From: Armatimonadota bacterium
GTDB lineage: Bacteria > Armatimonadota > UBA10988
NCBI GenBank assembly: GCA_016235455.1
Contig: JACRKZ010000032.1
Coordinates: 1 to 64,000, forward strand
Length of the DNA: 64,000 nucleotides
Direction of reading: 5' to 3'
Of this stretch, positions 56,019-64,000 are shown piece after piece. The notes beneath the pieces were generated by a model. That model was not told the origin of the DNA, made no database searches, and worked only from the letters and a program-made list of their open reading frames with translations. Position 1 is the stretch's first letter. Every line of letters begins with the position of its first letter. The translations under genes were made by a program, and so were the position numbers.

Positions 56019-56086
56019 GGCGCTGGACGCTGGACGCGGGCAGGACCGTTGTTGCTTCCCACGTCCCACGCCCAGCGTCCCAGAAC

Positions 56087-56115
56087 TTGACTCCACCGGG
56101 CCGGCGCCGTATCGT
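56087..56115 (+). promoter_or_regulatory. Sigma70-type promoter for aroQ-peptidase
   Basis: TTGACT-17 nt-TATCGT, then a GGAG RBS. Confidence 0.6.
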
Positions 56116-56133
56116 CCCGGTGGAGCATGTGCC

Positions 56134-56580
56134 ATGATGCGTGTCAGGGTCATCCACGGTCCGAACCTCAACCTGCTGGGCAAGCGCGACCCGGAGGTGT
56201 ATGGCAGTCACACGCTCGAGCAGATCAACGCCGAGATTGAACGGCTGGCCGGCGAGTTGGACATGGAAGTGCAGATCAGCCAACACAACAGCGAGGGCGA
56301 GATCCTCGACGCGATCCATGCCTGTTGCGACTGGGCCCAGTGCATCGTGATCAACCCGGCAGCCTACACGCACTACTCCATCGCCATCTGCGACGCCATC
56401 AAGGCGGTGCGGTTGCCGGCCATCGAGATCCACCTGAGCAACATCCATGCCCGCGAGGAGTTCCGCCACCGCAGCGTCACCGCGCCGGTGTGCGTCGGGC
56501 AGATCGCCGGGTTTGGCGTGTCGAGCTACCTGCTCGGGCTCTACGCGGCCCGCGACATCATTGCCAAGAGGTGGCGCTGA
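56134..56580 (+). CDS. aroQ: Type II 3-dehydroquinate dehydratase
   Basis: HGPNLNLLGKRDPEVYG, INPAAYTHYS, EIHLSNIHAREEFRH. Confidence 0.97.
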   Translation: MMRVRVIHGPNLNLLGKRDPEVYGSHTLEQINAEIERLAGELDMEVQISQHNSEGEILDAIHACCDWAQCIVINPAAYTHYSIAICDAIKAVRLPAIEIHLSNIHAREEFRHRSVTAPVCVGQIAGFGVSSYLLGLYAARDIIAKRWR

Positions 56581-57659
56581 TGACGCGTCTGACCCGCGTG
56601 CGCGAGGCTCTGGCCGTCAAGGGCTGCCCCGCTGCGCTGATCACCGAGCCACACGACATCACCTGGCTCAGCGGCTTCCGCGGCAGCAGTGGGGCGCTGC
56701 TGGTCACACATGAGCTGAGCGTGATCATCACCGACTTCCGCTACCGTACGCAGGTGAGCCTGGAGTCGCCCGGCTGGCAGCCGCTGCTCCAAGCCACCGG
56801 CGAGCGCGTGCCCGCCGCGATCGCGCGCGGCATCCGCGAGCTGGGCCTGACGCGCGTGTCGTTCCAGACAGGACACGCCACCCATGCCATGTGGCATACG
56901 CTCAGCGAGGCGCTCGGCGCCGCCGTGGAGTTGGTGCCCGTCAGCGACCTGATCAGCCCGTCCCGCGCGGTCAAGGACGCGGCCGAGATCGCCTGCATCC
57001 GCGCCGCCGCCGCGCTGGCCGACGAGGTCATGGCGTATGCCTGGACCGTGGCCCGGCCCGGCCTCACCGAACAGCAGTTGCGCATTGAACTCGAAGCGTG
57101 CATGCTGCGGCTGGGCTCCGAGCGCGTGGCCTTCGACCTGATCGTCGCCGGCGGGCCCAACAGCGCCAAGTGCCACGCGCGGCCCGGCACCCGCGCGCTC
57201 GAGCCCGGTGACCTGCTGGTACTCGACCTGGGCTGCGTGGTCGACGGCTACCACAGCGACATCACCCGCAGTGCCGCCATCGCCCAGGCCGGCTCCGCCC
57301 AACGAGCCATCTACGCCGTGGTGCACCGCGCCATGACCGCCGGCCTGGCCGCGGTCAGCCCTGGCGCCGTCGGCCGCAAGGTCGACGCCGTGGCACGCGA
57401 TATCATCACCGACGCCGGCCATGGCGACGATTTCGGACACAGTCTGGGCCACGGCGTGGGTCTGCAGGTCCATGAGGCCCCCAATCTGAGCTCCGTCAGC
57501 GAGGATGTGCTGCGGCCCGGCCACATCGTCACCGTCGAGCCCGGCATCTACGTCGAAGGCGTCGGCGGCGTTCGGCTCGAGCAGCTCTGCCTGGTCACCG
57601 ACTCCGGTTGCGAGACGCTCTCCCTGGCGCCGTGTCCCGCCGACCTGCCAATCCTCTGA
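56580..57659 (+). CDS. Xaa-Pro peptidase (M24B)
   Basis: TDFRY, RAVKD, DLG, SDITR, HSLGHGVG..HE, TVEPGIY, GVRLE; TGATG coupling to aroQ. Confidence 0.93.
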   Translation: MTRLTRVREALAVKGCPAALITEPHDITWLSGFRGSSGALLVTHELSVIITDFRYRTQVSLESPGWQPLLQATGERVPAAIARGIRELGLTRVSFQTGHATHAMWHTLSEALGAAVELVPVSDLISPSRAVKDAAEIACIRAAAALADEVMAYAWTVARPGLTEQQLRIELEACMLRLGSERVAFDLIVAGGPNSAKCHARPGTRALEPGDLLVLDLGCVVDGYHSDITRSAAIAQAGSAQRAIYAVVHRAMTAGLAAVSPGAVGRKVDAVARDIITDAGHGDDFGHSLGHGVGLQVHEAPNLSSVSEDVLRPGHIVTVEPGIYVEGVGGVRLEQLCLVTDSGCETLSLAPCPADLPIL

Positions 57660-57855
57660 GCCACACCGATGGCGACACCCCCCCGATCTTGTCGATTATT
57701 TCGACGTTATAGATCCAGATATCCAATTTATCCGACATCGGGCCAAACGCCGCGGGCCCGCTCGCAGAGCGGGATTGGCGCGATCTGGGCGATTCCGAAC
57801 GGGCAGGCCAACTGTTTGCAGTGACCGGTCCGTGAGACGGTGCGGAGCGGCATGC

Positions 57856-58305
57856 ATGGCACGAAACCGACTGCTGATGGTGGTAGGGGTGTGCGCCGGG
57901 ATGGTGGCCGGGCTAGGCGGCTACACGTTCTGGTATGCCAAGGGGTTCTCCTACATGACGAACGACCCCATAGCCTGCGTCAACTGCCACATCATGCGCG
58001 ACCAGTTCGATGCCTGGACGCGGTCGAGCCACCATGCGGTGGCGGTCTGCAACGACTGCCACACCCCGCACGACTTCATCGGCAAGTGGACCACCAAATC
58101 CCTCAACGGGTACCACCACTCCCTGGCCTTCACCGTGGGCGGGTTCCACGAGCCCATCCGCATCAAGCCGCGCAACAAGGCCGTGACCGAACACAACTGC
58201 CGTCGGTGCCACGCACCGATCGTGGACCAGATAGACCGCGCCCATCCAGTCAGCGGCGGCATGTCGTGTCTGAGCTGCCACCGCGATGTCGGCCATCTGC
58301 ACTGA
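57856..58305 (+). CDS. nrfH: Cytochrome c nitrite reductase small subunit
   Basis: N-terminal TM; four hemes CVNCHIM, CNDCH, CRRCH, CLSCH. Confidence 0.93.
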   Translation: MARNRLLMVVGVCAGMVAGLGGYTFWYAKGFSYMTNDPIACVNCHIMRDQFDAWTRSSHHAVAVCNDCHTPHDFIGKWTTKSLNGYHHSLAFTVGGFHEPIRIKPRNKAVTEHNCRRCHAPIVDQIDRAHPVSGGMSCLSCHRDVGHLH

Positions 58306-58314
58306 GGTGAGATC

Positions 58315-59793
58315 ATGAGCGACGAGACGAACGCGACCCCTGAACCCGAAGACGCCCCCGACACGGCGGCCGCGGACCGCCCGAGGCGAGGCGCGGGTGT
58401 AGCCATCCTCCTGGCCGTGGTGTTGGTGACCGCCGGGCTGACGGCCGGCATCGCCGCGCTGCTGATCAACATCCAGGGCAAGAAGGTCGAGGAGAAGAAC
58501 CCGTTCTTCCGGGTCGTCGAGCTGACCGATGACACCGAGGACCCGGCGGTATGGGGCCAGAACTTCCCGCTCCAGTATGACGGCTACAGGCGCACATCGG
58601 AGATGCGCAAGACACGGTTTGGGGGCAGCGAGTCGGTGCGACGGGTGCCCACCAAGGACGACCCACGGGAGTACGTGGCGGGCTCCAAGATCGATGCTGA
58701 CCCGAGGCTCAAGACCATGTGGGCGGGCTACGCCTTCGCCGTGGACTACCGCGAGCGCCGCGGCCATGCCTACATGCTCGAGGATCAGCGGTACACCCAG
58801 CGCCAGGTGGTCAAGCAGCAGCCGGGCACCTGCCTGCACTGCCACGGCTCGATGTACGTGCCCTACAAGACGGCCGGCAACGGCGACATCATCAAGGGCT
58901 TCGAGAAGCTCAACCCGATGAAGTACCAGGACGCGGCCAAGAGCGTGAAGCACCCCATCTCGTGCATCGACTGTCATGAGCCGGCGACCATGCAGCTCCG
59001 GGTGACCCGACCGGGCTTCATCGAAGGCATCCGCGCACTCAAGGCCAAGGAGGGCCACGCCAACTACGACGTCAACCGCGACGCCACGCGCCAGGAGATG
59101 CGCTCGTATGTGTGCGGCCAGTGCCACGTGGAGTACTACTTCAAGGGCGAGGAGAAGCGCCTGGTCTACCCGTGGCGGAACGGTCTGAAAGCGGAGGAGA
59201 TGCTGGCCTACTACGACGCCGAAGGGTTCAGGGACTGGACCCACAAGGAGACCGGCGCGCCCGTACTCAAGGCCCAGCACCCCGAGTTCGAGACCTGGAG
59301 CCAGGGCACGCATGCCAAGGCGGGAGTGGCTTGCGCCGACTGCCACATGCCCTATGCCCGGGTCGGTGCCCACAAGATCAGCGACCACCACGTGCAGAGC
59401 CCGTTGCTCAACATCAACCATGCCTGCCAGACCTGCCACAAGGCCGATGAGGCCGACCTGAAGGCCAGGGTCGACCTGATCCAGGACCGCACGAAGCAGT
59501 TGGAGGACATCGCGCTCGACGCGCTGAGCGACCTGATCGCCGACATCAAGGCGGCTCGCGCCGCGGGCGCCACCGACGCCCAACTCGGCGCCAAGGACGG
59601 GCCCTGGGCCTACCAGCGCCGCGGCCAGTACTTCATCGACCTGGTCTGCAGCGAGAACTCCATGGGCTTCCACGCACCGCAGGAGTCCGCGCGGATGCTG
59701 GCGCAGGCCATTGACTGGCTGCGCCGAGGCCAGAAGGCTGTCCTGCAACTGGACCGCACGGCGGCCACGGTGGCGGCGGCGCCGAAGTCGTAG
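58315..59793 (+). CDS. nrfA: Ammonia-forming cytochrome c nitrite reductase (CXXCH variant)
   Basis: WAGYAFAVDY..RGH, five CXXCH, CGQCHVEYYF, LKAQHPEFE, ENSMGFHAP. Confidence 0.93.
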   Translation: MSDETNATPEPEDAPDTAAADRPRRGAGVAILLAVVLVTAGLTAGIAALLINIQGKKVEEKNPFFRVVELTDDTEDPAVWGQNFPLQYDGYRRTSEMRKTRFGGSESVRRVPTKDDPREYVAGSKIDADPRLKTMWAGYAFAVDYRERRGHAYMLEDQRYTQRQVVKQQPGTCLHCHGSMYVPYKTAGNGDIIKGFEKLNPMKYQDAAKSVKHPISCIDCHEPATMQLRVTRPGFIEGIRALKAKEGHANYDVNRDATRQEMRSYVCGQCHVEYYFKGEEKRLVYPWRNGLKAEEMLAYYDAEGFRDWTHKETGAPVLKAQHPEFETWSQGTHAKAGVACADCHMPYARVGAHKISDHHVQSPLLNINHACQTCHKADEADLKARVDLIQDRTKQLEDIALDALSDLIADIKAARAAGATDAQLGAKDGPWAYQRRGQYFIDLVCSENSMGFHAPQESARMLAQAIDWLRRGQKAVLQLDRTAATVAAAPKS

Positions 59794-59811
59794 GCTGACA
59801 GGATCAGGGCG

Positions 59812-59846
59812 GCGGCGCCGGCGGACCGATGGGTCGCCGGCGCCGC
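59812..59846 (+). terminator. Hairpin downstream of nrfA
   Basis: GCGGCGCCGGCG/CGCCGGCGCCGC 12-bp stem. Confidence 0.5.
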
Positions 59847-60008
59847 GGCCGGTTTGTGCGCGGCGGTCACCGAACCCGGCGTCATCGGCGCTGAAGGTCC
59901 CGCGGCGGGACGGGGGAATCCCGTCGCAGCGGCCCCGCGACGGGCATCGTCCGCGCCACCTGACCGCAGTGTGGCTGGTCGTGGCCAGCCACGCGGAGTA
60001 GCCCATCG

Positions 60009-60872
60009 ATGACGATCTGCCACCCCCACCAGCCCGGGCTCCGGGTTTTGCTGCTTGGCCGGTACGCCGGCTTGTGGCCCGCCAGCGCCGAACCCATGCA
60101 GTTCCCGGCACACTGGGGCCAGCCGCCGGCCATGCAGACCGTCGATCTGCGTCCGCTGCCCGGCGACTACGGCGAAGGCAGCAGCACGCTGGCCCAGTGG
60201 ACCCAGGCCAACCTGGACAAGGACGCTTCCACACCTGACAAAGGCCCGCGCCAACCCGACGGCAGCGGCGCAGTGGCCATCACCGGCGAGCTTCGCCAGT
60301 GGCACAAGGTCACGCTCACCCTCGACGGCCCGTTTGCGCACGAGCGCGACACTGCGCCCAACCCTTTCAACGACTACGCCATGGCCGTGGTCTTCACGCA
60401 TGAGTCCGGCGAGGCGGGCACCAAGTGGCGGGCGCACCTGTCGCCCGACAAGCCCGGCAGATGGACCTACCTCGTGTCATTCGCCAGAGGTCGGCAGGTC
60501 GCCGTTGGCGACGCCCGGGGCGAGGCCGTGGAGCCTTTCGATGGCCGGAGCGGCAGCTTCGCGATCGGGCCGACCGACAAGACCGGCCGCGACTTACGGG
60601 CTCAGGCGCGACTGCGTTATGTGAGCCGACACCATCTCCAATCTGCCGGCTCGCGGGAGTACTTCCTCAAGGCCGGCGCGGACGCGCCCGAGACGCTGCT
60701 CGCGTATGCCGACTTCGACGGCACCCGGCCTGGGCGCAAACGCGAGGCCCGCACCGGCGAAGCAGCTCCAACCCAGTCGCTACACCGCTACGCACCCCAC
60801 GTCGCGGACTGGAAGGTGGGCGATCCGCCCGGCGAGCCCGGAGCGGACCGGCTGGTCGTCGTCCGCAAGTGA
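60009..60872 (+). pseudogene. Internally deleted DUF5060-type protein
   Basis: GELRQWHKVTL..NPF..KWRAHLSPDKPG, FLKAGADAPETLLAY; jumps from DWKVGDP to a C-terminus-like PGEPGADRLVVVRK. Confidence 0.6.
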
Positions 60873-60889
60873 GAAGGAGCAGTTTGGGC

Positions 60890-62185
60890 ATGAATCACCT
60901 TGTTTGGATGCTCGCGAGCGCCCTCGCCGTCACAGCGGGCGCCGAGGAAGCCCCTTCGCGCATCGTCGTGCGCGATGGCCAGTTCATCGACGAGGGAACG
61001 GGTCGACCGTTCACGCCGCTGGGCGCCAACTACTACCGCGTGGGCGCGGTGAGCAGTGGCAAGCAAGGGCATTCCGCGCTCTGTCCACCGTCCTACGATC
61101 GCGCTTACGTCGAGCGGATGATGACCGACCTGGAGGCAAGCGGCTTCAACACGCTCCGCGTCTTCCACTCCTTCCTGATGGGCGAGGACGGGATCCTCGC
61201 CTCGCCGGAGGCTCGCGAAGTGGCGCCGGGCTACGCGGCCAACCTGCTGCACCTCTTGCGGACGGCACGCAGTCACCACGTGCGCCTCATCTTCACCTGG
61301 GACATCTGGAACCCCACCTCTGAATGGTTGGCTGCGCAGCCCCTGCCCGACGAAGCGCGCTCCGGCATCCCGATGACCGGCACGCCTGGCATGCTGGTCA
61401 ATGCGTTTCGCTTCACGCTGCCCGGCGCGCGCACCCGCGCGGGCTGCATCGTGGCGCTCATCGAGGTCATCAAGAAGGCCGATCCCGGCCTGTTGCCGGT
61501 GGTGTTGTCCTGGGAGCTGGAGAACGAGGTCTATTACCGCGTGGACCAAGCACCGTTCGACAAGCGCGAAGGTCGCTTCACCTTTGCCGGCCGGAGCTAT
61601 GCGCTGGATTCCGACGCTGAGTTGCAGGCACTGATGGACGACAACCTGGTCGCCTGGGCCAATCTGTGCGCCGGCGCCATTCGCCTGGTCTCGGCCGGCG
61701 TCTTCTCCTTCGCAGCCGTGGGTCGCGGCGGCCCGGGCACCCTCTCGGCCGACCAGACCAAGGACACCCGCGCGCCGGCCCGACTCATGGCGCTGCTGCG
61801 CTCTGGCCTCGACTTCCTGGACCTCCACCTCTATGCGTGGCGCAACAAGGATCAGGGCTTCGAGCACTTCCTGGCCCGCAACCTGGCCTCGGTGGAGTGG
61901 GAGGAGCTGCGCGCGGCGGCTCGCAAGGCGGGCAAACCGATCTTCTGTGGCGAGACCGGCGTCTTCGCCAACTACCTGCGCCGCGCACCCAACTGGCAGG
62001 AGATCGATCACCCCCTCGGCCTGGCCAGCTTCCGCGATCACCTGCGAGCGATGAGCGGTAACGGGTTCGTCGGCGCCCTCTACTGGCACTACGGCAATCC
62101 CGACACCACTCCCGCCGACGAACACCCCGCGCTGGCCTTGTTCCCCGAGTACGGCAAGTGCCTTCGCGAGGCATGGCAGCGTTGA
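60890..62185 (+). CDS. Secreted GH5-like glycoside hydrolase
   Basis: AAGGAG RBS, signal peptide, PLGANY, GFNTLRVF, WELENE acid/base, DLHLY, KPIFCGETG nucleophile. Confidence 0.8.
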   Translation: MNHLVWMLASALAVTAGAEEAPSRIVVRDGQFIDEGTGRPFTPLGANYYRVGAVSSGKQGHSALCPPSYDRAYVERMMTDLEASGFNTLRVFHSFLMGEDGILASPEAREVAPGYAANLLHLLRTARSHHVRLIFTWDIWNPTSEWLAAQPLPDEARSGIPMTGTPGMLVNAFRFTLPGARTRAGCIVALIEVIKKADPGLLPVVLSWELENEVYYRVDQAPFDKREGRFTFAGRSYALDSDAELQALMDDNLVAWANLCAGAIRLVSAGVFSFAAVGRGGPGTLSADQTKDTRAPARLMALLRSGLDFLDLHLYAWRNKDQGFEHFLARNLASVEWEELRAAARKAGKPIFCGETGVFANYLRRAPNWQEIDHPLGLASFRDHLRAMSGNGFVGALYWHYGNPDTTPADEHPALALFPEYGKCLREAWQR

Positions 62186-62234
62186 TGGCGGCATCGCCTC
62201 GCGTGGCCTCGCGCCCACGCGGATCCGTGTCATA

Positions 62235-62974
<740 letters not shown>

Positions 62975-62978
<4 letters not shown>

Positions 62979-63964
62979 GCCAAACCGAGACCCACAGCGC
63001 CCACGAGCTGTTCCCCACCATCCATGCCGACCTGGCCGAGATCGAGGGCCGGCTGCGCCGCACGGTGCACTCGCGGCTACCGGTGGTGCCCGAGGTCTAC
63101 CTGCACACCGTCCATGCCGGTGGCAAGCGCGTCCGCCCGGCGCTGACGCTGCTCTGCGGCCGGCTGGTGGGTGACGCCGGCGAGGCGACGTTCGACGCCG
63201 CCGTGGCGGTGGAGCTGATCCACCTGGCCTCGCTCATCCACGACGACGTCATCGACGACAGCGGCCGGCGCCGCGCGCGACTGACCGCCAACCGCGTGTG
63301 GGGCAACAAGAACGCGGTGCTCGTGGCCGACTTCACCCACGCCGTGGCCTACCGCCTGTTGACCCAGCGCTGCGCCATCGAGACCGTCGAGCGGCTCAGC
63401 GGCACGGTCGTGCGCATGTGCGAGGGCGAGCTCTGCCAGATGTACAACGAAGGCAGCTTCGAGGTCACCGAGCCGCTCTACTTCGAGATGATCGCCGACA
63501 AGACGGCCTCGCTCATGGCGCTGGCCGGCGAGTTCGGCGCACTCACCGCGGGTGGCACCCGTGAACAGGCCGCCGCCTGCCACGCCTACGGCGAGAAGGT
63601 CGGACTGGCCTTCCAGGTCGTCGACGACCTGCTGGACCTGACGGGCGACGAGGAGCGCATCGGCAAGCCGGTGGGCAACGACGTGCGCTGTGGCCGGCTG
63701 ACTCTGCCGCTCATCCACGCGCTCAACCAGCCGGCTGAACTGGCCGACCCGGTTCGCAGGATCATCGTCGAGCAGCCCACCACGTCGGAGGCCATGCACG
63801 CCCTGCGCGACGCCTTGGCCGCCAGTGGCAGCCTGGCCTACACCGCCGCCACCGCGCAGCGCCTGGCCAACGAGGCCGCCGTGCAGCTCGCCGACTTCGC
63901 GCCGGGCGAGGCGCGCTCGGCACTCGAGGCCCTGGCCGCCTATGTCGTGGCCCGCACTCTGTAG
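62975..63964 (+). CDS. Trans-polyprenyl diphosphate synthase (HepT/IspB-like)
   Basis: GGKRVRP, LIHDDVIDD, KTASL, FQVVDDLLD, GKPVGND; ATGA overlap with menG. Confidence 0.93.
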
Positions 63965-63978
63965 CAGATCGGCGCCGA

Positions 63979-64000
63979 GCACCGCCGCCCGCGGCGGTGC
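63979..64000 (+). terminator. Hairpin at the window edge
   Basis: GCACCGCCG-CCCG-CGGCGGTGC; downstream sequence not visible. Confidence 0.4.

Noticed and set aside
59889-59996. CGCTGAAGGTCCCGC...GGGGGAATCCCGT...CCCCGCGAC with three tandem hairpins, reminiscent of the 5' parts of cobalamin or c-di-AMP riboswitches
   Set aside because: Lacks the GGTG..AATCC, ACTGT and AGCCAG elements of cobalamin riboswitches and the GGGGTGAATC/GTCAGCTAAC elements of ydaO; the downstream gene is unrelated

Overview
A 64 kb stretch of chromosome from a very GC-rich bacterium (about 70% GC by eye). The many secreted glycan-active and unknown proteins suggest an Armatimonadota/PVC-like organism, but this is inference only. 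About 40 coding regions can be read. Carbohydrate-active genes: GH16, GH29, GH116, GH4, several clan GH-A/GH30/GH5-like proteins, two GHL15-like paralogs, DUF4091, heparinase II/III and a sulfatase. Housekeeping genes: lipA, hflX, aroQ, M24 peptidase, menG and a polyprenyl synthase. Also present are a DsbD-like protein, a CusRS-like two-component system and nrfHA. I saw no rRNA, tRNA, CRISPR array or transposase. The most notable observations are: (1) a self-contained ~208-nt structured RNA gene on the minus strand (near-consensus sigma70 promoter, four hairpins whose G.U pairs work only on that strand, U6 tail) just upstream of an XRE-HTH/TPR regulator; (2) a CusR/CopR-box palindrome equidistant from a CusRS-like operon and a divergent gene for a small secreted Met/Gly-rich protein; (3) a divergent orphan LpxB-like glycosyltransferase translationally coupled to a FIST-GAF-pseudokinase protein; (4) a secreted HET-C/phospholipase C-fold TPR protein; (5) a CXXCH-type NrfA; (6) several leaderless-type starts and several short internal deletions or frameshifts.
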